Below, piece after piece: positions 20,184-29,865 of a stretch of DNA of 64,000 nucleotides; the stretch's first letter is position 1; the number at the start of each line of letters is the position of its first letter. A model generated the notes under the pieces. The model made no database searches and had not been told where the DNA came from. It was given only the letters and a program-made list of their open reading frames with translations. The stretch is from assembly GCA_964412115.1 (NCBI GenBank), contig CAYPMM010000001.1, positions 764 through 64,763 of the forward strand, in the 5' to 3' direction. The translations under genes were made by a program, and so were the position numbers. The stretch comes from an uncultured Candidatus Saccharibacteria bacterium (lineage in GTDB: Bacteria > Patescibacteriota > Minisyncoccia > HO2-45-28).

Positions 20184-21686
20184 ATGGAACAGATAAGCAC
20201 CCTTAAGAAATCAATAGAAGGGGGCAAGTGGACATTCATCAATACCGTCTCTAAAAACGCCGTCAGCCTTCTTTCTTTTTTGATTCTCGCCCGGCTTCTA
20301 AGCCCGGAGGATTTCGGCATTCTGGCCGTTATTTTGGTTATTCCCAATTTTATGATTTTAATTTCCACCACCGGCCTGGAAACCGCTTTAATTCAAAAAA
20401 GGGAGGATCCGACGCCGTACCTAAATCCAATATGGACCATTGGAATAATAAAATCTTTTGCCATATTCTTTATTATCTTTTTTTTAGCTCCGCTGATAAC
20501 GGCTTTTTTTCAAATAGAACAGGCGGCAACGGCGGTGCGGCTAAGCGGTATTGTTGTTCTGCTGACCGGAACATCAAACGTTGCCCAGCTTTTTTTCTTC
20601 AAAAACATCGACTTCAAAAAAATCTTTATCAGGGACATTTCCGGAGCAATAGCTTATAGCGCGACTGCCGTAACATTGGCGATATACTATCGCTCTTTTT
20701 GGCCTCTTTTTATAGCAACCCTGGTCCAATATGCCGTTGGGAACGCGTCCACTTATTTTCTTCATGAATTTAGGCCGCGTTTAAGTCTGGAATTTAAAAA
20801 ATTGTTTCATCTTATCGGTTACAGCAAGTGGATATACGGACAAAATTTGGTAGACCGCCTGTCGCCGACGATTGAAAATTCTTTTATCGCCAAGATCATG
20901 GGCGCTTCAGACGTGGGACTTTTTACCAAAGCAAAAAGTTTAGTAAGCATTCCAACCGCGCCTTTTTACAACATTATTGACCGGGTCGCGTTCCCGTCAT
21001 ATGCCCGGGTGCAGGATTCATGCGAAAAAATAAAGAACGGGCTGCTTAAAAGTCTGGATATTTTATTTTTTATATCGGTCCCGATTGCGTTTATTTTCGT
21101 TATGGCCGGACGCGATATAATTTTAATATTTTTAGGAGAAAAATGGATTGGCATGGATCTGCCCTTAAGAATTGTAGCCGTGGCTTTTGCCGTTGGCGCT
21201 TTTTCTTCAAGCGCCTTGCCGATTTTTAACGCCGTCGGCAAGCCAAAAGTAAGATTCGGGATCATGCTTGTTAATTTAGGAACGCTGGTAATTTCTTTAT
21301 TGGCCCTCACTCCTCCTTATGGCGTTGCCGGGGCCGCCGCCGCGCTGCTTATTACCCATACGACAACCTCTTTTGCCTCTATTATTATGCTGAAAAAAAT
21401 TATTGGAGTTAAACTAAGCGAAATAATTAAACCCTCTTTAATACCCCTTACTGCTTCCGGCGCGATTTTAATAGTTGAGCGTCTTTGGTTGGCATCTTTC
21501 GGACCGGCAACCGGAGCGTTGTTTATTATTTTAATTTCGTTTCTCGGGATTATTTATTTGGGGCTAATCGTTTTTGCGGGAACAATGTTCAACCTGGGGC
21601 CTTACGCCACCATCAGACTCATTGTCTCAGAAGTCCTTTCGCCCTTTAAAAACAAAAATCTTGAAACCGAAAAAATTCCCGAGTAA
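20184..21686 (+). CDS. polysaccharide biosynthesis protein / oligosaccharide flippase (Wzx, MOP superfamily)
   Basis: 500 aa, ~12-14 TM helices, typical Wzx N-terminal pattern. Confidence 0.65.
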   Translation: MEQISTLKKSIEGGKWTFINTVSKNAVSLLSFLILARLLSPEDFGILAVILVIPNFMILISTTGLETALIQKREDPTPYLNPIWTIGIIKSFAIFFIIFFLAPLITAFFQIEQAATAVRLSGIVVLLTGTSNVAQLFFFKNIDFKKIFIRDISGAIAYSATAVTLAIYYRSFWPLFIATLVQYAVGNASTYFLHEFRPRLSLEFKKLFHLIGYSKWIYGQNLVDRLSPTIENSFIAKIMGASDVGLFTKAKSLVSIPTAPFYNIIDRVAFPSYARVQDSCEKIKNGLLKSLDILFFISVPIAFIFVMAGRDIILIFLGEKWIGMDLPLRIVAVAFAVGAFSSSALPIFNAVGKPKVRFGIMLVNLGTLVISLLALTPPYGVAGAAAALLITHTTTSFASIIMLKKIIGVKLSEIIKPSLIPLTASGAILIVERLWLASFGPATGALFIILISFLGIIYLGLIVFAGTMFNLGPYATIRLIVSEVLSPFKNKNLETEKIPE

Positions 21687-23384
21687 AGAAACCGGAATTA
21701 GGGCGAAAATGGCTATGTTGGCCCACAATTTTTCGTCAAATCCGGCCGGAGCGCCTATGGTGTTCACCATCAAGTGAAAAAGCAGGATATTTAAGCCGGA
21801 GGTAATGCCGGTAACCGTAAAAAATTTCGCGTACTCGGTTTTTCCGTTACCGCTGTCCGTAGCTCTAAAAGTCCAGAGCTTATTCCAAAAAAAAGCGTTG
21901 GTTGTCGTGACTACGAAAGAAACAACCAGAAAAAAATCGGCAATCCAGCCGCTGGCAACTCCGCTTAGCCAAGAAAGCAGGTTAAAAATTCCCGCGTACA
22001 TAAAAACATTAAGCCATCCGACAAGGCCGTACTTCGCGAGCTGGAAAATAACCGGATTTTTAACTCCTATTTTTCGCGCCAAAAAAATACCGGCAACGGC
22101 GCCCGCGGGCATCATAATCAGCCACAACACAAGAGCTGTGTTTAAAAAGCCGCGGTTTGCGTAAAAAACAGAATCAAACAGCGAAATATTTTTGATAGTA
22201 GGGAGGCTTAGGATGGCGGTGCCGATACCCACAAATAATGCCGGCCAAAAATCGGATTTTTCGCCAGCAAGCCGTTTTTGGGAAATAAAAGAAATTATAT
22301 TTTCGGCTCTTTTTGACCAAGTAAATCCCGCGGCTTTTTGTTTGGCCGACACTGCCTTAGACCGCATTTCATCATAATTTGCAAATGCGTATTTTATCTT
22401 ATCCGCCAAATCGCGGACATCGTCCGGCTTAAAAAATAAGGAATCACTATCGATTAATATTTCCCTGATGGACGGCAGGTCCGAGGCAATAATAGGCGTG
22501 CCCGAAGCCATATATTCAAAAAGTTTCATTGGTGAAGTAAAAGAGCGCGAAATCTCGTATTTGGCGGAATTAGGCAAAACAAGAACATCCGCCGCCTTCA
22601 GCCACAAGGGAATTTCGCGGTAAGGCTGATGTCCTTTGATTAGAATATTTTCGAAACTGGCAAAACTTTTTTTAAAATCGATAATATCTTCGTCCGCTCC
22701 GCCAATAAAAACGGTCAAAATATCTTTATCTAGGTTTTTTGCCGCTTCGGCTAAAATATTCGCCCCCTTCCAGTCGTAGAGATGGCCGGAGTATAAAATT
22801 ATTTTTTTATCCGGCGGCAAATTTAGTCTCCGGCGGCTTTCTTCTTTTGAAACAGAAATATTAAAAATATCAAAATCAACCGCGTCCGGCGCCGTTATTA
22901 TTTTCTCTTCTGATGCGCCGTGTTTAATATAAAAATCCTTAAGACCGCCGCTAATGGTTATAATGCCTTCGGCATTTTTTAACAGCCGTTTTACGGCGAG
23001 ATTTATTCTGCCTTGGTGTACTTCAAAAAAAATATTTTTCTTAAAAAAACTTAAAAAGAACAGGGGCAGCTCGTCTCGCCCGTAAATGATGTCCGTTTTT
23101 TTCAAAAGCAGATAGAGTACGGCAATTTTTGAAAAATTCAGCGACTCAAGCCAAAATCCAAAACGGCCGAATTTTACCAAATCCAAAACCGGCAGGCGTA
23201 TTATTTTAAAGTTTTTATTAACGCCGTAGTAGACAAACGGGTCGTCTTTAATCGGATTAAAACGCCTCGGCAAAATCAACTCAACGTCCGAATTCTTGGC
23301 AAACTGCCCGCACATTTTCATAATTTGCAGCCCGTGCGCCCGCTCAGTCGGAATCCTTGAATTGGCCACGTAAATAAATTTCAT
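21627..23384 (-). CDS. glycosyltransferase family 4 fused to C-terminal GtrA-like membrane domain
   Basis: N-terminal GT4-like domain, C-terminal 4 TM helices; convergent 60-nt overlap with flippase. Confidence 0.55.
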   Translation of the reverse strand: MKFIYVANSRIPTERAHGLQIMKMCGQFAKNSDVELILPRRFNPIKDDPFVYYGVNKNFKIIRLPVLDLVKFGRFGFWLESLNFSKIAVLYLLLKKTDIIYGRDELPLFFLSFFKKNIFFEVHQGRINLAVKRLLKNAEGIITISGGLKDFYIKHGASEEKIITAPDAVDFDIFNISVSKEESRRRLNLPPDKKIILYSGHLYDWKGANILAEAAKNLDKDILTVFIGGADEDIIDFKKSFASFENILIKGHQPYREIPLWLKAADVLVLPNSAKYEISRSFTSPMKLFEYMASGTPIIASDLPSIREILIDSDSLFFKPDDVRDLADKIKYAFANYDEMRSKAVSAKQKAAGFTWSKRAENIISFISQKRLAGEKSDFWPALFVGIGTAILSLPTIKNISLFDSVFYANRGFLNTALVLWLIMMPAGAVAGIFLARKIGVKNPVIFQLAKYGLVGWLNVFMYAGIFNLLSWLSGVASGWIADFFLVVSFVVTTTNAFFWNKLWTFRATDSGNGKTEYAKFFTVTGITSGLNILLFHLMVNTIGAPAGFDEKLWANIAIFALIPVSLLGNFFGFKIFVFKGRKDF

Positions 23385-23399
23385 GAATTTATGCGGTGT

Positions 23400-25238
23400 T
23401 TATATTATTTTTACGTTGTATCGTTTAGCCCATATCTGAAACGCAAGAATCGCCCAGAGAATGGTGAGATTGTATTCTTTTGAACTAAGATGCATTTTAA
23501 AAACTTCTTTTACCTCCGGCCAATTAAAAAGCGGAGCTGTTTCCAAATAATAGCCGCCCGACAATATTTCCTCGGCCCCCAAACGCACCTCATCCATTCT
23601 AAGCCATTTGGCTCCCGGAGAAAACCATCCGCGTTTGGGAAAAAAAAAAAAAAAATCCGGAATGCGCCCTTTGTAGGCGTTTTTTAAAATTATTTTAGTA
23701 TTAAACGGGCTTATTTTATATTTTAAAGGAATTCGGGCGGCGAACTCCATTAAGTCCTTATCCAAAAAAGGAACCCTGGCTTCGAGGCCCGAGGCCATAG
23801 ACATTTTGTCCGTAAGCATTAGGGCAAAATCAACCAGCCAGGTCTGCCGGTCAGCGCCCATTAAAAAGTCTTCAAATTTTGCGTCTTTGGTTATTTTGCC
23901 GAAATATTTTTTTTCAAAAAACGACTTCGATATGCCGCGGTTCAAATAATCGGAGGAGATGGTTTTTTTTAAAATATCATCTTTCTGAAACATGAAAAGC
24001 ATAAACCTTTCGATGCCCGCCGGCGTATTTAATTTTTTAAGCTTTGCGCTTAAGTTAAGAGGGGTCCTCAAAAGTTCCGGCAATTTCTGAATTAGGCTTG
24101 CGGCCAGACTTAAGCGGTATCTGTCGTATCCTCCAAAAAGCTCGTCTCCCCCGTCTCCGGCCAAAACCACATCAACTTTATTTTTGGCAAAACGCGACAA
24201 TTTAAGCATGGCGAGCGCCGTCGGATTGGATATCGGCTCATCCATCTGCCACGCCACCTCTTCAAAAAACCCCCGGACCTCCCCCGGTCCAAGAACGACT
24301 TCGTTGTGGCTGGTACCAAAAAAGTTCGCCGTTTTTTTGGCCAAATTAAAATCAAAATTAAACTTTTCTTTTTGTTCTTCGTTTTTCAAATCAAAGCCGA
24401 CCGAAAAAGTGTCAATTTTTCCCCGTTCTTTAGCCATATGAGAAAGAATGATTGAGGAGTCCATCCCGCCGGACAAATAAAGTCCCAAAGGACGGTCTGA
24501 AATGAGCTGGGATTTAACCGCTCCGTGTATTCGGCCTCTTAATTCCTCTTCAAGGTGGGTTTTGGAAATGTTTAAATGGCTGCCGGGTTCATGCGACCAG
24601 TATTTTTCTATTTTAAGTTCCCCGTTGTTATAAAATCCCCTGCTTGCCTGAGGAAATTTATAAATGCCCTCAAACATGGTTAACGGCTCCGGAACGTATA
24701 AAACCCGCAAGTAGTGATTAAAAGCGTCCTGATTCAGGCGTCGGGGCATGCCATGCTCTAAAATGGCTTTAATTTCGGAAGCGAATATGAACTTATTCCC
24801 ATTCAAGTAATAATAAAGCGGTTTTACGCCCGCGTGGTCGCGCGCCAAAAAGAGCCCGCGTTTTGCCCGGTCCCAAATTGCGAAGGCAAAAATGCCGTTA
24901 AACTTTTTGACGCAATCGGGGCCCCATTTTCTATACGCGGCCAAAATCAGCTCGGTGTCGCTTTCGCTTTTAAACGGGTAGAAATTTTTTAGTTCGTCTT
25001 TAAGGTCTTTGAAATTATAAATTTCTCCGTTAAAAACAACAACTTCGCGCTCGTCAAAACTTTTCATGGGCTGCGAAGCATTTTCCGAAAGGTCAATTAT
25101 TTTAAGCCGGTTGTGGGCCAGGGTTATCCCTTCTTCGGTGAAAATTCCATTGGCATCGGGCCCGCGATGCCGGGTTGCCAGATTCATGCGCGAGGCAAGC
25201 TCGCGGTCTAAAAAATTAAATCCGTTTATTGAGCACAT
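23400..25238 (-). CDS. asparagine synthase (glutamine-hydrolysing), AsnB/WbpS-like amidotransferase
   Basis: MCSINGF N-terminal Ntn Cys, SGGMDSS PP-loop motif; contains internal T16 tract coding FFFFF. Confidence 0.8.
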   Translation of the reverse strand: MCSINGFNFLDRELASRMNLATRHRGPDANGIFTEEGITLAHNRLKIIDLSENASQPMKSFDEREVVVFNGEIYNFKDLKDELKNFYPFKSESDTELILAAYRKWGPDCVKKFNGIFAFAIWDRAKRGLFLARDHAGVKPLYYYLNGNKFIFASEIKAILEHGMPRRLNQDAFNHYLRVLYVPEPLTMFEGIYKFPQASRGFYNNGELKIEKYWSHEPGSHLNISKTHLEEELRGRIHGAVKSQLISDRPLGLYLSGGMDSSIILSHMAKERGKIDTFSVGFDLKNEEQKEKFNFDFNLAKKTANFFGTSHNEVVLGPGEVRGFFEEVAWQMDEPISNPTALAMLKLSRFAKNKVDVVLAGDGGDELFGGYDRYRLSLAASLIQKLPELLRTPLNLSAKLKKLNTPAGIERFMLFMFQKDDILKKTISSDYLNRGISKSFFEKKYFGKITKDAKFEDFLMGADRQTWLVDFALMLTDKMSMASGLEARVPFLDKDLMEFAARIPLKYKISPFNTKIILKNAYKGRIPDFFFFFPKRGWFSPGAKWLRMDEVRLGAEEILSGGYYLETAPLFNWPEVKEVFKMHLSSKEYNLTILWAILAFQIWAKRYNVKII

Positions 25239-26601
25239 AAAACAAACGATCTTTTAAATACCAAAATCCCGGAGCCGCGAGTAAAAATACGAACGGGTCA
25301 AACGGGACCCGGTATCTGGTGGTCCAGGCCGGTATGGAAATAGCCAAAAAATATCCCAAAACCAATAAAATAAAAACGATCGATTTTCCGTCGGCTCTGA
25401 ATTTCTTCCAATTCCACAGCAAAAATCCGGCAAGAAAATAAATGGCCGCCCAAACAACTTTGTCAATTATCCATGTAAAAAGCAAAACTGGCGGCTTGTT
25501 TTTAATAATGGATAAAATGTCCGATCCGCCGTTAGCCAAAGAGTCAATAATAGTCAAAGGCGCCTTGGAACATTTATGTTCGCAGAGCCAATTTCCAAAT
25601 TCTATAAATCCGCCGTTAAAAAGATACCTCACTGAACCCAGAGAGACATATTTGAAAATGACCGGCGGGCTTATTTTGGAAAGAATCGGCAAATAAAGCT
25701 CCCGCAACTGCGGACTTACGCACCAGCCGTGAAAATCTTCCCTGACCTCCGAGGGCGCGCAAAATTTACTCAGCTCTCCAATGGCGTCGTGAAGCTCGAG
25801 ACCGTTCTGCCATCCGTATAACTGGCCGAGATGCATATAATAAGCGTTAATCAGGTCGGATGAAGTAAAATGCCAATCGTTAAAAATTATTCTGTTTCGC
25901 AAAAACCACGGAAATAAGATTATTAAAAATATCACCGCGAAAACGGCGGTATTTACGGCCAGTTTTCTGGGATTAAAACGCGTCAAAACGGAATACAAAA
26001 AAACAAAAAATAGAAAATAGAGCACCGCCGGCCTTACCAGCGCGTTTAAAGAAAAAAGAGCCATTGATGCCGCAAAAGACGAAACCGATTCTGATTTTAA
26101 ATGCAGTAAAAAATAATAGGCGCCGAAGATAAGCAGCAGTAAAAAAAGAGTTTCGGACATGAAGCTGTTGACTAATAAAAATGCTACCGGGTTGAAAATA
26201 AACGCCAGCGAGGCCGTGAGCGCGGCTTGTTTTGAGTTCCACAACAGGTCGGCAATGCGATATATGCCGATTGCGCTTACAAAAAACAAGAAGAACTGAA
26301 AGATATAAACCGCGGCGATTCCGCCGAAAACTTTGAGCATCGCTCCGGCAACAAAAGGATAGAGCGGCGTGCGAAAACGGTCCGGTATGAAAGGCGGCTC
26401 GGTCATGCGTGAAAAAACGCCGTGGTCGTATAAATTGACCGCGGAAGCGTAATATTCAAGCGAATCGGAAGTTAAAATATCGGCATTTATGTTTCCGCGG
26501 CTGTATTCGGTTAAAAAAAGAATACCCCAAAGCGCGAACCACAAGCAAAAGATGACCGCAAAATGCCGGTATTTAGTTAAAGCGCCGGGAATATCAACCA
26601 T
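25216..26601 (-). CDS. GT-C fold glycosyltransferase (GT39/GT83, ArnT/PMT-like)
   Basis: Multi-TM; SDSLEYY...RTPLYPF loop motif shared with two paralogs. Confidence 0.55.
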   Translation of the reverse strand: MVDIPGALTKYRHFAVIFCLWFALWGILFLTEYSRGNINADILTSDSLEYYASAVNLYDHGVFSRMTEPPFIPDRFRTPLYPFVAGAMLKVFGGIAAVYIFQFFLFFVSAIGIYRIADLLWNSKQAALTASLAFIFNPVAFLLVNSFMSETLFLLLLIFGAYYFLLHLKSESVSSFAASMALFSLNALVRPAVLYFLFFVFLYSVLTRFNPRKLAVNTAVFAVIFLIILFPWFLRNRIIFNDWHFTSSDLINAYYMHLGQLYGWQNGLELHDAIGELSKFCAPSEVREDFHGWCVSPQLRELYLPILSKISPPVIFKYVSLGSVRYLFNGGFIEFGNWLCEHKCSKAPLTIIDSLANGGSDILSIIKNKPPVLLFTWIIDKVVWAAIYFLAGFLLWNWKKFRADGKSIVFILLVLGYFLAISIPAWTTRYRVPFDPFVFLLAAPGFWYLKDRLFYVLNKRI

Positions 26602-27316
26602 GCCTTAAAAGTTTTTTTTCGAAAAAACAATAAAAAACGGTGAAAAGATAAATTGGAGCCAGTTTTTGAACATTAAAATTGGATTTGCCGGCTTTTCTGT
26701 TGGTCCAGCTATTCGGCACAACAGCGAAAGTATAGCCGCGATTGACCGCCTTAAGCGCCAGTTCCGCGCTAAAGTTAAAATGCCGGCTTAAATACGGCCC
26801 AGTCCCTTCAATTACCCCGCGTCTATAGAGTTTAAAGCCATTCGTAATGTCGTTATACTCAAATCCAAATAAAAACCGTATAAAATTATTGAATGTCCGA
26901 TTTAAAAAATATTTAAACGGCGGATAATCTATCGTCTTTCCGCCCTTTATAAAGCGCGAGCCGAACACGCAATCCACGCCCTCTTTTTCCATTGTCCTGA
27001 AGAAAAGAACCAAATCATCAGGCGAATCGGAAGCATCCGAAGTGTAAAAAACGGCGGCATCGCCCGAAAAGATTTCGAGTCCCCGGCGCAAAGCCAGTCC
27101 GAATCCCTTCGGCGGCCGCTTATGCTCAAGACGAAGAGTGGGGATAACAAGAACAAGTTTTTCCAATATCTCCCACGTCCGGTCGGAAGAATCGTCATAT
27201 ACGATAAGAATTTCGTGTTCTATATTCTCCTCGGAAAGTTTCCTATAAAGGGCGCGGACGGTTGATTCAATGCAGCCCTCTTCGTTGTAGGCCGGGATAA
27301 TAACGGATAGTTTCAT
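26594..27316 (-). CDS. glycosyltransferase family 2
   Basis: MKLSVIIPAYNEE...DDSSD...TSDASD. Confidence 0.7.
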   Translation of the reverse strand: MKLSVIIPAYNEEGCIESTVRALYRKLSEENIEHEILIVYDDSSDRTWEILEKLVLVIPTLRLEHKRPPKGFGLALRRGLEIFSGDAAVFYTSDASDSPDDLVLFFRTMEKEGVDCVFGSRFIKGGKTIDYPPFKYFLNRTFNNFIRFLFGFEYNDITNGFKLYRRGVIEGTGPYLSRHFNFSAELALKAVNRGYTFAVVPNSWTNRKAGKSNFNVQKLAPIYLFTVFYCFFEKKLLRHG

Positions 27317-27342
27317 TATCGCTTATTTTAAATCGGCTGGCG

Positions 27343-28659
27343 TTAATAATCAACGCCGGAAAAAAACTTTCGCGAAATGAAAATAACGCCGAGGCCAGCC
27401 AAAAAGAAAAGTGTCGGCAAAAGAATCAGATGATGGCGTCCTCCGGCCATGCCGAAATTTATAAAAGTGCTGAAAAAAATCGGCGCGCCGAGCAAACCGG
27501 CCGCGGCCCATTCCCTTTTCTTATGCAAAAAAACAAGTCCAAAAGCCGCTAAAGCCAGCATGATTATTATAAAAAACGCGTAGGCTCTGTATGAGATATC
27601 AACAAACAAAATCCACGCCCGCGACGCAACTGTTTCGGCGCCGAATAAAGTATTATGCGCGATGCTAAAAATATCTTTGTAGTCGTTTGGCGTCCAAAAA
27701 TGATACGCGCCTGTTAAATTTTGTTTTAAGGCCGAAACGGTGGAAATGTTCGCGCCCAAACCATCGGCCAATTTTTCCACGTCATAAAAACCATCCGAAG
27801 TAAAACTGCGAAACAGGCAGACCTCTCTGCCTTTTGAATCGCTGATGTAGCCATAGCACCCGGCCGTGATGTCGCTTGGCTCGCCCTGAAAACCCAAGGC
27901 ATAATTTACGGTCCCGCTTGAAGACAGCATGACTCGCCCAACAAGCCGGTAATTGCGCCATAACCACGGCAAAACGATAAAGCCGACCATGGCCGTAAAA
28001 CCAAAAAGCATAAAAATGTTTTTCTTAACGTTTCCGCGGTAAAACATAAAAAATAAGACAAAGCCGGGAATCAACAGCAATCCCGACGGACGCGTTAAAA
28101 CGGCCAAGCCGAACAGGACCGCCGCGCCCGCGGCGCGCCGCCAATTGACATTCTCCGCGGAAATAAGAGTAAACAGCGCGGATACCGCCAAAAATATAAA
28201 AAATGTTTCGGTCATTGTTTCCAGCGACCAAAACCAAATACGCGGGTCAATCAGCAAAACGGCGGAAAAAAGAGCGACGATAATCTTGTGCCGTCCCCCG
28301 TTATAACGGTCAAACATCTTCCAAAGCATCCGGAAGGACGCAAATAACATCAACTGCTGTAAAAATATCGCCAGATAGCCGGATTTGTCAAAAAGAAACG
28401 TAATGGCCAGAAAAATGGGGTACATTGGCGTTCTTAAAAGATCGGGGACGTAGGGCGGATTTTGCGCCATGCTGAAAGAATTTCCTTCCAAAATATTAAT
28501 GGCCAGATTCCTGTATTCCAAAGGGTCCTGGACCGGCGACGGAGAAACATGCTTGGCGTACAACACGGCGACCGTAATAATCCTGCCGAAAATAATCACG
28601 GCAACGAGCAGAATCAAAAAGGAATATAGGGCGGATTCATTATCCTTCAAAAAACGCAT
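27343..28659 (-). CDS. GT-C fold glycosyltransferase (GT39/GT83, ArnT/PMT-like) paralog
   Basis: DPLEYRNL...RTPMYPIFLA motif, multi-TM. Confidence 0.55.
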   Translation of the reverse strand: MRFLKDNESALYSFLILLVAVIIFGRIITVAVLYAKHVSPSPVQDPLEYRNLAINILEGNSFSMAQNPPYVPDLLRTPMYPIFLAITFLFDKSGYLAIFLQQLMLFASFRMLWKMFDRYNGGRHKIIVALFSAVLLIDPRIWFWSLETMTETFFIFLAVSALFTLISAENVNWRRAAGAAVLFGLAVLTRPSGLLLIPGFVLFFMFYRGNVKKNIFMLFGFTAMVGFIVLPWLWRNYRLVGRVMLSSSGTVNYALGFQGEPSDITAGCYGYISDSKGREVCLFRSFTSDGFYDVEKLADGLGANISTVSALKQNLTGAYHFWTPNDYKDIFSIAHNTLFGAETVASRAWILFVDISYRAYAFFIIIMLALAAFGLVFLHKKREWAAAGLLGAPIFFSTFINFGMAGGRHHLILLPTLFFLAGLGVIFISRKFFSGVDY

Positions 28660-28666
28660 AATATAA

Positions 28667-29857
28667 TTAACGCGAAATTTTATTAACGGCCTCTAATACG
28701 ACGGCATCCATTTTTTCTCTGGAAAACAGTTTTTTTGACAAAATGACCGAATTTTCGGAAAGTTTGCGCCGCAAACCCGCGTCGCGAAGCTCCAGCAATA
28801 AATCCGGAAATTCTTCGATACTATCGGCTATAAGCGCGTGTTCGCGATGCCGAAAAGGATATCCGGCAAGACCTCTTGAAGAAACAACGGCCGGAATTCC
28901 GCGGCAAAGCGGTTCAAATATCTTTTGCTGCATTCCGGCCCCAAAAAGAGACGGCACTACGGCAATATCCATATCGGCCAAAAAATCGTCAAATTCATTT
29001 TGGTCTTTGCGTCCGGAATAAATAACATCTTCTCCAAAAAATCTTTTTAAATCTTCGGGGATTTTGCCGCCGGAAATATAAAACTTAAATTGGCCGGGAT
29101 ATTTTTCGCGCACCGATGGCGCTATTTTTTTTAAAATGACTTCAAGTGCCGCCAAATTATGATGAACATTATAGGTGGAACCCATGAAAACCACTTTTAG
29201 CGTTTCCCTTTCGCGGATAAACGAATTTTTACCCAAGCAAACAGGCAGACCCCTCAAGGGCAGAACGGATAGGTTTTTTACGCCGAATTTTTTATAAATC
29301 TTTTCTTCTTTTGGAGTTATGGCGAAAACAAAATCGCTTTTTTGGCTTGCGATAAGCTCGCTTACTAATTTAGAAATAAACTTTACCAAATTAATAACAC
29401 TCCACCCGTCCTCCTGCAAAAAGTGCGATGGTTCAAAATTAATAGAACGGGTTATTATCGGCATGTTTCTTTTTTTTGCCAAACCGTAAAGCGGCCAGAG
29501 ATAAGTATAATCAAACCAAACCAAATCCGGACTCCACTCATCCAGAATAACTTCAACCGGTTTTTTTGCCGACTCGTGAGAATACTCATACGCAGCCCCA
29601 TCCCAATAAAAAGGATTTAAAATCTTTTTAATTCCGGACTTGTTCTCATATTCAAGAAGCTCGACTTTTATGCCGGAATCTCGGGAAAAACGCCCGATCT
29701 GTTCTTTGTCTTGAAAAGAAAAAACTTTTGCCGCCACCCGCACATCAAAACCAAGCCTTTTTAATTGCTTCATGCCTTCAAGGCGGTCTTTTTCATCGGC
29801 GCCGATGTCCGGCAATGGAAAGCGGGGCGTTACGATTAATATTTTTTTAGGCGGCAT
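28667..29857 (-). CDS. glycosyltransferase family 4
   Basis: C-terminal GT4 domain with EPLCRGIPAVVS motif. Confidence 0.6.
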   Translation of the reverse strand: MPPKKILIVTPRFPLPDIGADEKDRLEGMKQLKRLGFDVRVAAKVFSFQDKEQIGRFSRDSGIKVELLEYENKSGIKKILNPFYWDGAAYEYSHESAKKPVEVILDEWSPDLVWFDYTYLWPLYGLAKKRNMPIITRSINFEPSHFLQEDGWSVINLVKFISKLVSELIASQKSDFVFAITPKEEKIYKKFGVKNLSVLPLRGLPVCLGKNSFIRERETLKVVFMGSTYNVHHNLAALEVILKKIAPSVREKYPGQFKFYISGGKIPEDLKRFFGEDVIYSGRKDQNEFDDFLADMDIAVVPSLFGAGMQQKIFEPLCRGIPAVVSSRGLAGYPFRHREHALIADSIEEFPDLLLELRDAGLRRKLSENSVILSKKLFSREKMDAVVLEAVNKISR

Positions 29858-29865
29858 ATCGCGGT

